The notes below the pieces were generated by a model that was not told the DNA's origin, did no database searches, and saw only the letters and a list, made by a program, of their open reading frames with translations. The position numbers and the translations under genes are program-made. Positions 14,624 to 27,903 of a stretch of 64,000 nucleotides of DNA are shown one piece after another. The stretch's first letter is position 1; every line of letters starts with the position of its first letter. This DNA comes from Marsupella aquatica. Its lineage: Eukaryota > Plantae > Marchantiophyta. The stretch lies in contig OZ316897.1 of NCBI GenBank assembly GCA_973895155.1, positions 17,032,058 through 17,096,057 of the forward strand. Reading direction: 5' to 3'.

Positions 14624-15368
14624 GGGGGGCTTTACAAGACGGTGGGGGCCGTTCAGTGTCTCTCCATCCAAAGCCAATCTGATGGCCATTTCCTTACAAA
14701 AAAATTAAAATGCCTGAGAAAAAATGTGTCATGCATCATGTCTGGAAGTAATCAATGCAATTCCCTGAAAAGAAGTGGCCGTTTGCTCCAAGTTTTTAGA
14801 CCACCTCAAGAGGAGGTCCAAGTTTTTGACAAAAAAACTTGCACACATCAGCAAAAAAGCCCACTAACAGATGACTAGGTTTGGTAATGTTTTTGCTTGA
14901 TGTTGTTGAGCATAGACGACATTCGTAACGGCAAGCCCATGAACCATCTAACCCACAATAGTTGACACAGAGAGATACGTGATTCACCTCCACATGAGGC
15001 TACGTCCACGGGAACACACAAGAACTTTACTACACTCTGGGCCGACCGGCCATACCAAGCATCCATAGCACAAGCTCTCCCTATCTCTCAACTAGCTCCG
15101 TATCAATGAGCCTAAGTTCCACCAGGGTCTGGCATCAGACTTGACTATATGCACAACAGCACTACCGCTAACATTAGCTAAGTCCTAACCCGAGTTAGAC
15201 TAATTGTGGTTAGCTCATGAGTCACAAGACTAGAGCAATATCTAACAGATGTGCCCCCAAGTTCATGTAAAGTTAAGTGTGGCCAGTTCCCACATATGAA
15301 TGGCTTGGATTGCATCTCTCACTTAGAAAAAAAGGAATTGCTGCCCCCAAGTTCTTGTAAAGCCACCC
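14624..15368 (+). mobile_element. Tourist-like (PIF/Harbinger) MITE containing a nested solo LTR
   Basis: TIR ggggggctttacaaga ... tcttgtaaagccaccc; TAA on both sides; homologous to 34318-34720 and 55933-56140. Confidence 0.88.
14904..15247 (-). mobile_element. Solo LTR (~344 bp, probably Copia-type)
   Basis: tgttgag...ctaaca termini, 5-bp TSD GATGT. Absent from the homologous MITE at 34318. Homologous to 58759-59103 in reverse orientation. Confidence 0.88.
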
Positions 15369-15813
15369 TAATGTCATGGTGTAGAGGAGTCCCTAGTGTC
15401 ACGGTCTAGAGTAGCTTTATTGCAATTATATGGTCAAATGAGGATTATGCAGAAGGGATCCATGTATTTGGACTCCCCATGCTCTTATGCACTCACAAAT
15501 AGAGTATAAATATTAAAAATTATTGTTACCATAGAAATTTTGGGTCCCATTGTCCCACCCTAAACCCTAAAATTTTGGGCACATCAAAATATGACATATA
15601 TGGTATACCACATCCCTCCATACCATGATAAACCTTGTCATATCAATGAGTGCACACTCTATGTTAGCAAATTTTCATGTGTGATTATTGATAGGGGAAA
15701 TTATGGCTTATTGTTCCATTGTGAGTAGGATGGTGAGTATGTGGAATTGGCAAGCATGTTTATGAGTACATCGCCCCATGCCCGTGTGTTGCACAAAAGA
15801 TTTTGAGTGAAGG

Positions 15814-16322
15814 TGTCATGCCGAGGAACAATGTCTCTTATGCACATCGGGATATCCCTTGCATGCCCGCTAGGTATGTAATTAGGGCCAGTACTTGAGT
15901 GAGCGACATGTTCTTGTAGCAAGTTTGGGCCATTCTTGAAGCAAATGTTTCTTAGTGTGACGCCTGGACTTGGTTTACTTAAGGCATGTTTGTCTTCATT
16001 GGTTTTCAGTTCTTCTTGAATAGCTGTTGAGATAGAGCTTGTCGATTTTGTACATGGAATTTAGACAGTGATTCGTTAGATGTCCTGGCCAATCTTGGCA
16101 TCCCGCCAATTTTCCTTTTAATTTCAATACACTTGTTTCTGTTATGCCTTTTATATACAAAGGTTTACACCTCCACTACTTATAATTATACCATCTTATT
16201 TGGTTTTTTTTTGTGCTTGTAAATGTGATGAGACTTTTTCTTTGCATTGTTGGTGATATATATATTGTTGGTGACTTGTATGATTTTGATATGCTCTGGC
16301 TACAATACTATATATCATGACA
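15814..16322 (+). mobile_element. Solo A-B terminal-repeat unit of the Gypsy-DNMT family (diverged)
   Basis: tgtcatgccgagg ... gccttttat|atacaaaggtttacacctccactac ... tatatcatgaca. The A/B junction (16154/16155) is the same as in 46140-46679. TSD not recognisable (aagg / tggg). Confidence 0.88.
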
Positions 16323-19300
16323 TGGGCAAGATTTTGAGGCATGACAAGATTTCAAGATGAAATGTATTTAATGGTGCCAAAATGAAAAGATTTTTAATGA
16401 ATTATCAGAATTGGTTTCAGCCAAGCTTTGAGATGCTCTAATATGGTTTAAGTACTTAGACAGGCAGCAAACCTGCATCTACTGGCTACTACTGGCAGCC
16501 ACCGACTAATGGAGCAAGCCACCCCACTCTCGAGACCTCCATTACCTTTACCTGCATAACGATGGAGACAATATGATTTAGGTACTTATCTTCATTCTGC
16601 ACGGAGCAAACCTGCATCTAACTGCTACGGGAGCAATCAGGACGGACAACATTATAGAAGGAAATAGATTCACCTTCATCTGAGAGCCTTCATCTGAGAG
16701 TGCTGCATTGGAAAGATTTGAGATCAGCAATAGATGGCCTTTACTGATATGGTGGGGTTTAGTAGTAACCGTTGACATCCTGTTCCATCATCATCACCAG
16801 ATCATAGAGATTCACTCGGGAGAAAAAGTCAACTTTCACTGGCGCTAACTCGAGACTTCGATTCCACGACATCCGTCTCCTACTCTCGTCCTTTCTTGCT
16901 TCTTTTGGTTGTGGCAGGGCCGGTGGAATTGAACGCCCCAAAAGGTGTCCGGAAATCGGGGCGAGGTCTCATTGAGTCATTGAATTGCCTTCGAGAAAAG
17001 CTAAGTTTAGATACCTCCGTGGCATTTGCATGGGACCAAAAAAAGATGCAACTTCGTTCGGTCTCTTGCGGGGAAGGTCAGCGTCATTCGGGGAATCAGG
17101 CAGGTGATGAAGGCTGCTGCTGCTGATCACGGGCTGCTTGCATGCCTCGAAGGTTTCCGCAGGTCTGCACCTTAATATAACTTGTGACCCTCCGTCCCTC
17201 AAACCTTTGCGGAGCAACTTGCGCAACAAGGGCGGCGCGAGGTTTTGACGCGGCTGCTGCTTGCCGACCTTAATTAATCAATCACAGACCTCGGCTGCCT
17301 CTCCCCTTCTTCTTCGCGCCGACTGCTGAGCTTTCACTTGCGTGCATCACGACTGGACGGTAGTAGTAAGAAAAATTCCCGTGAACTATGGTGGGCAGGA
17401 GGGAATGGCCCCGGGCGTTAATTTCATATCTTTCTTGTCCGGTGAAGGATGTTGGTTAGCGAAACAGTGACATTCTGTGTTCTGACTCAAGAGAGAAGAA
17501 GAATGATGTCGATGACATTATTTTGTGACTCGGAGATACTTTTGGCTATCTTTTTAGTCAACACAATCAAGAAGACTTTCCACGAGTAAAGACTCCCAAG
17601 CTTTTTTTTCAGAAGTACTGTCTGGAGTAACATGCTGTCATGTGAGTAGCTATATTCTTTGAAAGTTTGAAAGGAAAAGAATTGCTTTTGGCATATTATG
17701 AAGAACAGTAAACAGTGTCGGACAGTAGCCTGGAAGGGCAGGAAGGCATTGTGCTATCTGTCAACACATGAGAGCCCAAACCTGCGCCTATTGAGGTTTA
17801 CTAAATGCACGCACTCTTTCTTTCCTGTCTTTCATTTTTTCTTGTTACCCGTTCTTCTGTCTTTTTTTCTTGCTTGTTGCCCGTTCAGCTCGCTCTCCTC
17901 AATTGTGATAAGTTACTGATATATGAATGCAATTCAATGATATTTTGAAGGGGAAAAAAAATTGGTAGCCATGTGGACAATGCACTCGACTTGAGTAGGC
18001 TCTCTCCCGAGTGGAGTTCTTTGCCTCGAAAAACCCAATTGAATGAGCTCCTAGTGGAGTTGACTTTCATCTTTGAAATGTCGTCGAACTTAATTGAGAT
18101 ATGGCCCATTCAGCGACTCTATACGTCATACACTTACAAACTAGTTGCCATTCGAATGACAACGGGAGTGATTGCACGACAGAGGCGTGCACAAGCCTTG
18201 ACCCCTCTCATGAATTGTAGCTGTCTCACGAGTAGCGCGCACACGGTAAAGTCTGTCTCGTTGTTCAAGTGTATGATCATGCACGGGCTGACACGAACCT
18301 GTTTTTCGTACGTCTGTCTAGAAACGTACTTGAGAATGACGCTCCTCCAACCTACCCAAATGAGGTACAGTGAAATTGGGGTTGTCGTATCGCTCGTATC
18401 GTCGGTCATGGCTGGGAAGATGGCACGCTGGAAATGTCTACAAACTACAGTGAGTAGTCTACTCTCTCGAACAGTACTCACTACCAATATATATATGGCA
18501 GCATTACCTCTTCTGCCACACCGATCTCCTTTCCCCATTGACTGTGGTCTGCGTGCTTGTGTCGTAAAGTAGCACGAGTTCACTAGCACGTCAGCTCTGG
18601 GACTTCGCTTCATTGACGGACCGACATTGATATAATGGAGCCTTCATCACAAAGCTTCTTATTAAAGGGGATGTTTCTGATGAAATCCAGGATCCTTACC
18701 GCACACTGTCTTTTCCTTTTGGCTGCACTACTGTTGATTGAGAAAAAGGTCAAGCTCCATGTTCAAGTAGGTGGATTCATGGAGAGAATCGTACGTTTCT
18801 GAAATTAATGCCCACATGGACAGATCTTCTAAAGAATAGAATTATTTTCTTCAATACTTTTGATGTTTAGGCGTACTGTACAAGAGATGGGATACTCGTG
18901 CTACCATTTTCCCATAGTGGACACCCAAGCCAAAACACCTGGAAAACATATAAGGCCAAGGAGAGACCAAAATCAATGTCAAAAGATAACCAATCATTAA
19001 CATGTCAGCTAAGAACGAGGATGTCCTCTCAATCAGATGTGTAGAGGATGTTCAGAGGTGCTCTAAAAGTTAGTCAGTCAGGACATGACACAAAATGCAC
19101 CTAAGCACAAACACAGAAAAAGCCAGGGACCCACTTCGATCTGTGCAGCTAGGATCGATAAACTTTCAGACCAAGTTGCCTCCTCTCATTTTGTAAAGTG
19201 AACTCTGACCAAAGAACATAAATCTACAAAGACTGAGGGCAACTTGCATGTGAGCGGCCCTACCCTTTGTGGCCGTAAAACTGACTTGTGGCAGCATATT

Positions 19301-19760
19301 AGTGCATGCGAGAAAAATACCTCATCACCTCCCCTGCCAGTCCTGCCGCAAACACTTAGCAAATCAAAAGGCAAGCCAGGCTGGAAAATTTATGGCCCTT
19401 ACAGATCCCGACTTCAAACTTCCACAAAAAACAAAAGCCCTAAAGTAACATAGTCATATCGTGACAGTCTGCCATTGCAAGTTTTGCAGTGTGCTTGTTT
19501 TGCTCCTGGTAGTCACTCTGTAAAACACCGGCTTCCGCAAATTACAAATGAAAGTGAGAATTGGATTCACAAACACTTCTGAGTTTGCAGCTCTCAAGCT
19601 CCAACTTTCCACACCAACTTCAAAGAAGAACCAAGCTGAGCGGCAACTTTGCTTTTAATTGCAAGGAGGTGTGGAAGTCCTCCCAATTCCAGTCACTTTC
19701 ACCTTGCACAACGCACTCTACGTACCTTTTAATTCAAGAGTTTGTCAATAGCAAGTTAGT

Positions 19761-19886
19761 CTTACTTCCAAAAAAATGACACATCACGTGAAACGAAAGA
19801 TAGGGTCATTTTATAGGTTCTAAGGGAAAATTTGAGAATTTTTTGAGAAAACAATAAAGTCTTTTAAATCCAATTTGAGACTTATA
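19761..19886 (-). mobile_element. Fragment of the ~296-bp MITE family
   Basis: acttccaaaaaaatgacacatcacgtg...gatagggtcattttat...gagacttata matches 13476-13600. Confidence 0.75.
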
Positions 19887-19959
19887 CAGTTTGCATACTT
19901 AATTGCTTGCTTCCCCTCTTTTCAAGCTCTTGTTTGTGCATTCTAGCATCATAGCAACA

Positions 19960-20830
19960 AATAGTGCTGAGGGTCAGTATTTCTCATTGGCAGAGTTGAA
20001 GTAGTTGTGCATGTCCTGAGTGAACATTGGACATGACACTATTGTTGGTGCAGGGCAAAAGAACCAAGCTTTTTGGGACCGTGTTGCTTCAAACTACAAT
20101 CAACACATACCCAAAAGCACCTAGGAGAGGAGCTAGATCTTTGGAGGGCAAATGCAGAGATTGCTTGAAGCAATATGTTGCTAAATTTGTTGGGTGAGGT
20201 TGTATGCCAATATAGAAGCCCGTGTTGAAGATCTCACATTGTCAGATTCCAATGCACAAGACACTCTTTCGAAAACTAGGAGCACTATCCTAAAGGGAAG
20301 AAGTTTCAGTACATTGATTGTTGATACTTGCTCAAAGATTGTCCAAAATTTTCCCATTCCATCGAAGACATGTATGGCCGATAAAAAAGAGCAAGAAAGG
20401 GAAGGGCAAGCCAGGGCAAGGATGCCGATAAGGGCCTTCCACTGACAGACAGAGAAGGAAAATGTTCCTCCCACACCATACTCCCCCACAGAAATCATTA
20501 ATCCAATTGGTGGTGGCAAAAAGTCTGCGGTATTCTACAATAGCAATGGACATGAGAGGCCCATTGGCAGCAAGTCTGCAAAGAAGCTGAAGGGGGAGGA
20601 ATTTGCATTTAGGGTTGCAACTTATGCACCAAGGGACATGACAGTCACATGCAGAAGCAATCTGACGGGTGAAGGTCTTGGAAGAGTAATCGCTTCATTA
20701 TTTGTTCAGTTTGAGGGAAGACATGGATCCACAAGTGTTGGGGGAGGGAGCTACAAGAATTTGAGGAGAAATTTGAGAAGGAGGATGCTGAACTTACGGA
20801 GGGCACCCAAGAGGGCGCCTCCTGCTGCAG
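19960..20830 (+). pseudogene. Harbinger Myb/SANT-like (NAM-associated) accessory ORF remnant
   Basis: Degenerate translation HDTIVGAGQKNQAFWDRVASNYN...RSLEGK...RPIGSKSAKK, typical of plant PIF/Harbinger ORF1. Many stops; boundaries approximate. Confidence 0.7.
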
Positions 20831-22189
20831 TGAGTAGGAGTGCCACTGTCCGCGAGTCAGCGCTGTCCCAATTTATTACAAGAGAGGAGATACAGATTGC
20901 GAGGAGTCCACAACACCAGTTGAGAGTGTGAATGTGCCAATAATAATAAGGATGGAGCGCTCCTCAATCTATGGATGGCGATGCTGGATTGATCATGATA
21001 GGTCACACATGTTTTAGGAACTAGTGGATTCAGTTTAAATTCAGTAGCTTTAAACCCAATTGTACATGCAATGTAGACTAGAGCTTTCAATGTACTTTTG
21101 CAAATGATAAGTACAAACTTTCATTGTATGGATTCTTGTGACCCGGTGTCCACTACATTGGGTCTCTTTCTCATAATTATCTGGTGCTGTCATGTGAATG
21201 TACACATTGATCAGGTCTTGGTAGATTGCTTCTCTATACCTGGAGCAAAGAGAAGTATGTAAAGGCACAGACATAATTGGTGAGTTTGCTAATGCTTCCA
21301 AATGTCTGTAAATTTGACACACGAGAATCACTCTGAGAATCAATAACTACCTCTGTTGCCTCAAGTGAAGGGAATCTGTGTATCGTCTTTTGTGCCCAAC
21401 TCTTGTCAAACTTAATTTGTTGCCTCTTCTTGTCCCTACTAACAAAAGGAAGTCTCTTCAACACTCCTTACGGTCTTTTCATTGTTTGCTTTGCAATCTC
21501 CCCACCTCATTTTCAATTGTCTTCCACAATGCCTCCGGCCAAAAATGCTTGATCCAAATCCCACAATGCAGGGGCTCCAATTCAGATTCAGGATGCAGCA
21601 GTTCCACACAAAGCTTCACAAGGCTCTCCTGATTTGTTGCCACCTCCTAGAACGGGCCACGGCCAGGGCAATAGCATTGCTTCAGGACCTCCCGTAGCAC
21701 CTGGCCCGTCCTCCAAATGTCAATGGTCAATTGATGAGCCGGAAGTAGCTTCTCCCAGGGGGTTTCTTGGGTTCAATGTGTACTTTAATTATTGATTTCC
21801 CACTCATTCGCAATGCAGAAAATGTTGGCAAAAGAAGAGGCACCAGAGAAGAGAAGAGGCTGGAGAAGTGTAAAGCAAAGAAGAGGGTGGAGAAGAAAAC
21901 AAACACAAGGCTGCTGAGAGAGTTTGAAGCACAAGATGAAGAGTACTTTGATCAAGCTAGGTACCCATGACAGATTGGATGTTGAGTTACTAGATGTAAT
22001 GTAAAATAGGATGTTGAGTTACTTATAGTTCCGTTCATCAGTTTGAGTGCTCCTCACTTGATGTCACTGTCGAGCATTGAGCTGCCCAATTGTATTCTAC
22101 AAAATCAGTCTCTTCATTGCTAGAAATTGCATACGAACCTGAACATTGACATGATTGTCTTTTCTTTCAAAACATAGACAATTGAACTT

Positions 22190-23030
22190 TAAAATTGGCT
22201 AACGTAATCAAATCTGTGGCCCTGTCCCTTCAAAGCACACAAGTATTCTATCAAACCATTCTGTAGCATGTAGTGGGTCTCTAAATCACAGATAGATGTA
22301 CATACTTAGCTAGGTATTGCTTCCAATCAGAAGTGGGGAGTAACTGTCCTCCACCCAAGGTGCAACCTGGGTGTTGCTCTCATTCATGTGGCAAGTTGTC
22401 ATCATGATTGTCCTCCACAATCATGTTGTTTAGGATGATAAATGCAATGCAAATGTCTTTAATGACACTTGTGTTGTGTACCCTACAGGGGTTTCAAATT
22501 ATTGCAAATCTAGCCTGCAAAACGCCAAAATACCCTCTTGACATCCTTCTTGACATTTGGCAAACCGCTTCCTAGCATCACTTCTAGCAGTGCAGTTGTC
22601 CAGACAAATATAGACAAGTCGGGATAGATCCCATCCATGAGAAGGTGGTACCAAGAATGATCTATCCCATTGACTGTGAAGGTCACCTCTACATTGCTCC
22701 TCAACATAGTATTGACAATTGGTGATCTGTCTAGCACGTTGAGGTCATTGTTACATCCGAGCAGACCAAAATAGCCATGCCAAAACCACAAGGATTGATC
22801 AGCGATGGCCTCCAAGACAATAAGGTTATCCCTATCCTTGTTGGTGAACAAGTCTTTGCTAGGCAAAGGGCAAATGTTTTATTTATAATGCATACAATCC
22901 AATGAACCAAACATACTGGGGAACCCTCTGGCCTCATTAATCTTATTAATTATTTTGTTTCTTCAGGTCCTCCCTAGTCGGCTGTGTGAGGTATTGTGCC
23001 TCAAATACTTCTCGCATGGCCCTGCAGCAT
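22190..23030 (-). pseudogene. Harbinger (HARBI1-like) transposase remnant, 3' part
   Basis: NEARGFPSMFGSLDCMH, IVLEAIADQSLWFWHGYFGLLGCNNDLNVLDRSP, YHLLMDGIYP, KDVKRVF, THYMLQNGLIEYL. Confidence 0.9.
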
Positions 23031-23738
23031 CCCGGGTATGTAACTCCCCTTTTTATAAGACAAGTTTTTAATTCCTTATAATGGCCTTATATGCAATTGA
23101 CCATCTTAGATTTTATTTTAGTCTAGTAAAATCTTGTACCTCTCAACTTAAGGAATCCAAAAATGTAACTTAAACTTAAAACAAGAAGCCTTAAATGATG
23201 AGTAACAAGCCCATACTTTAGAAACTCTAGCCAAAAAATCAGAAAAAACAATGAAAAAGTCAAAAAAGTGCAAAAATTAGCCCCTATTTTAGAGCAAAAA
23301 TATGGAGCGAACAAAATATGACATAAACTAGCTATGTTTTGACACCTAAAAATGACCAAATTCATCTGAAGTTACATTCCACCAATAAATGATCTCAAAT
23401 ACAACACTATTATCTACAATGGTCTCACAATTACACGAGGTGTCTTTTGAAACAACAACTAAATCACCTCCAAAAGCCATTGTCATTTAAAAACCAGAAA
23501 ATAAATTACTACAACTTAACCTGATACACATTATTGTGAAAAGAAGACAAGGAGAATAGAAATGACACCATCTAATTGAATTGAAACACACCCACTAAGA
23601 TAATATTAAACTACAAATTTCTCAAGAAACTTTAACCATGAATTCATGAATAAGTGGTAAAGGCATTTTGAAAATTTGTAAAATTTCAAGTTATCCATGT
23701 TTTTCAATGGTAATGTCACAAACAATAACTACTTTTCA

Positions 23739-26700
23739 TTACTCAAATCCAGAAGTCCTCAATTCTTGAAACAAAATATCCCTAGATTTATCTCCTAGCG
23801 GGGTTCTAGCTGATCCATTCTCTTGTTCTTGCTCTTTCTCTTCTGCCAAAAATTCAGTCAATCGGATTTTGATTCGATCTACTGTCTTTTTGTACAATGT
23901 ATCAGATTTTGTCAACATGAAGTTGTAAGCAAAAACAGTCGTTGAAGATAAATCAAGCTCTTGGTGAAACCATATTGGTTTCAAAGTTCCTTTCCCACGA
24001 CCACTTTTCGTAGTTTAAGACTTCTGGTAAGTACTTGGCTTTCCAAGGATCTGACCCGGTTTTTGCAGCATGCCATAAAACATAAATCATTTTTGGAATG
24101 TTGAACTCGTCGCGCTGGTCAATTCTTTCCACCTTGGCCACCCAAAATGTTTCTGATTCTTCTCCAGCAACAGAAATATAAGTGTTGACTTCAAGATCCG
24201 AAAAGTCTCCTTCCATATTCTCCTTCTCTGCATCTATCTTTCCTTGATTCCGATAAGGACCCACGTATATATCTCTGGTAGGTCCGTATACTCTCTCTTC
24301 AATTTCCTCTTCATTGACAAGGACTCTGGGAACTTCAGCAGCAACAGCAATCTCCCCTTGGGAGCGTGGCCATTGAAAAGGGAAAATCAATGGTCTTTGA
24401 TCAAGGAGCAAAGATTTATTCAATTCCCGTTGCTCTTCAAAAAACATTCTCCACCAGTTCACTTCCTCTTCTGAGAATAAAGTTTCAACTGCAAGTATTC
24501 CCTTTTGAATCTCATTTAACGAATCATCCATCTCCTTCAAAGTCATTCTTGAAGAACTAGACATATTTGGTTGAGTCCTTGTAACGTTCTTATCCCCCTT
24601 TTTGAAAAGGGGTAATCCGGGAGCACAACCCATCACCTTTTCTAGCTCCTCTTCCCTCAAAAATTTCACGCCTCCGTCAGGTTTCCAAGTTGAGTCCGTG
24701 GAAAACTTCTTCCCCCATTGGGTTGGAACTTGATCTTCCAACTTGTCAAATGCAAATTTGTACTGGTGGTGGAAGGTAACATTTCAAATCCTTTCAATGA
24801 CTAAAGGTGGATCTAAGAAGGCATATTGACGGAAATCATATGTTTCCTTTAAAAGAGTGATATTTGGTTGGGGTTGATATGATTCACAAATAATATCACA
24901 TAGGCTTTCGTATGTGAATGCCTTAAACCGTGCTAGTCGTTTAGAAAATCGACTGAACATTTGATCTATTTGGTCGTGTGTGTGTCCAACCAACAAGAAT
25001 CCTAGTTTGATTTTCCGAAAAACCTTTCTTCGAATCAACATATGAAGAAAGGCAAAGAGTAAATTATTTTTATTTTCTCTACTGGTATTATCAAGTTGAA
25101 GATAGAGAACAAGCGGCAAGCCACCAGACTTTTCTTCCCATTTGTGAAACACCCTTTGCATGATTGTGACTGTAAAGTTTCCATCATTATGCAATACAGG
25201 ATAATTAAGAAACACTCTTGAAAATAGTGCACCATTGAAAGCCAGGCATCCGACAACGTGCATTTGGATCAAACATGTTTCGTCCACCGATTTTGGGGGC
25301 CGCGGCCAATGAGGCAACCTTGTCTTCTTCTTATCCATCCCATCAATGACAACTCCCAAATATTTATCAGAATTTGAAAAACATTTCTTACGATGCTTCG
25401 CGAGTTTCTCACGTTCTTTGGATTGTTGGTCTCTATGTTTTTGTAACATAATTTCCCCTCGCCCTGGAAAAACAACTTGTTAGTTTCTTAAAAAAAAAAT
25501 AGAAATCATGTGCTAAGCCATATTCTTGAAACAAAAACTTGTCAAACTTGTAAGTAACTTAATCTTTTCGGTCTCCGAGACAGCTTTGTCCCGAATTGAT
25601 TTGAACTCCTCGCAATCCGTGCAAGCACTGAATCGATTGACTGGAGGAATCTTCACATGGCCAAATTCTTGAACCCAAACTTTCAAGAATTGTCGATAGG
25701 ATATTTTTGATGATTCATCAATCTTGGCATAGTTGGAGTCGTAGATCTTCCATACCTCCAGCTTTGAATAATTATCCGGTAAATGTGAAACTTCTTTATT
25801 TGGCAATGTTTCCACGCGTGTCTCAAAAAACGACCTAAGCCAACTGACCAAGACTAATATTTTAACAGATGGAGGGCGTCCAACTGGTTTAGAATATCCT
25901 AAGTCTTGGTTGTCTAATTTCAAAATTCTATTTAATCTATGATTGCCAACGCAAAATATAATCTTGAAAGCTTTCCGACAAATACTCTTTTGACCAAACG
26001 TGTAAGATATAGTCTGCCTCCCTCCTTCATTTCCGTCTCGCTTTATAAGCCACTGCAAAGATAAAGATCGATCCTGAGATTTCTGCCTCAAAAATTTAGA
26101 ACGCGCCTCACGAATTTCTTTTGGAGATAGACTTAGGAGACAATGACTCTGACAACAGTACTTACTATTTGTTTTCTTGATATCCTCCTCTTTCAACTTT
26201 GTTTCACACGAAGTGGCATTGCTCGTACGTTTGTAACGACTAGATGCCACCAGAACATCATCATCCTCCCCACTCTCCGAAGACTCGCTTTCATTCGATG
26301 ATGAAATGGTCACCAACATTTGCTTCTGAACATGCCGAGATTCCAGACCTGCAACCTTCGGAGATGGAGGCTCTTCCTTCACTCTATGTAGCCTTGGAAT
26401 ACCTGGGCATATTTCAGAAATCCCTCCATTACCGTGTAGGGACCCTTTCAATATTTTCCTAGGGTCCCTCTCCACCAGGTTGGTTTCCCTATTTGAGTTT
26501 CCGTGACTTGATCCGCTCCCTGCCCCAACACCATGACTCCTAGGTAAAACTGAGGAATGCACATTAGAATTCCTTTATGGAATACTTTTCAATAACACTG
26601 GTCGTCTAGTTTCTTCCCTCATCCCCCTATAAAATGTTTCCGACGTTGGCTTACCAAAGGTTTTACTTTTTGGCATTTGCTTCAGCCGCTGAACACTTTG

Positions 26701-27128
26701 GAGACTACAAAAATCTCTGTCATTTTCCCCACTTAGTGCTTTCTTCGTCTTTCCAAATCCAGTCTTCATGAATTCATGAGACCATTTCCCAGACATCCAA
26801 ATAGGCATTGAACCTTCCAGATTACTCCCCAATTTGTCCTTTGTTGGTGACAAAGGAGATACAACTTGACGTCCAGGGGGACCAATACTCTCCAAGGAGT
26901 CAAAGGAGCTCCCTGACCTCTCTTTACCACCGACCAATGATTTCTTCCCACTAATTGCAAGTCGTAAAGGACTACGTTTTAACTTGCTCATAGGGGTGGG
27001 GGTGGCATATCTAAAACAGTAGTTATTCCAGGGATATCTGGGCCAACCACTGTGCAGGGGCCATCCGGCAATGAAACATCATCAGAAACTCCATCTGAAT
27101 AATCATCTGATTCGTAACATGCCGCCAT
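23739..27128 (-). pseudogene. Sola1-type DDD transposase (disrupted; one intron at ~25464-25561)
   Basis: CCQSHCL, ICRKAFKIIF and FSACTDC in the N-terminal part; catalytic-triad motifs VIDGMD, YLQLDNTSRENKN and FLLVGHTHDQIDQMFS. In-frame stops at 26575 and 24784, frameshifts near 27000 and 23990. The splice donor appears mutated (TTAAGT). Confidence 0.8.
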
Positions 27129-27669
27129 TGGAAAAACTAGTGCAAATTGACAAGAAAATCAGTAAAATCTAACAAATCTTCTCAAAATAATGACCAAGAG
27201 TCATGAATAAACGAGCCTATTTATAGTTTTTCACGGATTGTTGGGACTTTTTAACTTCAAAAATATCAAATATTCATGAAATTTGCAAGCTTTTTCCCGT
27301 TAATATCCCAAAATATTCATGAATAATTGGCCCGAAAACATTGATTTATCATGATTCGGGGTTAATTTTACTAAGTGTCGCCTGATCCGTGATTAGTATG
27401 TATAACCAAGGAACACGGGGCAGCCCATTCATTTTCACTCAATGTCATTTGGATTTCCTTTGTAAAAGAGTGAAAAACAATCTCGTTGTCCAATTTCGTG
27501 CCATTTTCAGCACTCATCGGCGACGTGTCGCGAGTTGTCGCGGTCGCACTTCATTTCGACCCTGTTTTAGGTAGTAATTTAGGCCCTGGGTGATTTCTTC
27601 ACGTCACCCCCCCCCCTCCGAACCCTATTTTAAATACCCTTCTGCATCACCGAGGTGTACAAGCAAAGA

Positions 27670-27747
27670 GAGAGGAGACTCCCTTCATGAATTCATGAAG
27701 GTCGGAGCGAGAGGGAGACTCCCTTCATGAATTCATGATAGGAGTCC
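27670..27747. repeat. 40-bp direct repeat, each copy containing the palindrome TTCATGAATTCATGA(A)
   Basis: gagactcccttcatgaattcatga x2; perfect 20-bp palindrome at 27682-27701; lies between the two divergent genes. Confidence 0.9.
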
Positions 27748-27903
27748 TGGGGTGGTCGAGAGCGTTGTTAGATCCGTAAGGACACGGCTTTAGTAGCCAT
27801 TTGTTGGCACATTCCTTGGTTCTGTGGCACTTTGTCTCGCAGGTTGGGGTTGAAGTGGACTGATTTTGTGGTATGTTCTCAGGTTTGAAGATCAGGCAAA
27901 AAC

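Noticed and set aside
17973-18613. Overlapping 199-aa and 159-aa ORFs, and a faint chromodomain-like stretch (RIARIVGHGWEDG) in the third frame
   Set aside because: No convincing motif or splice structure; cannot be supported without a search.
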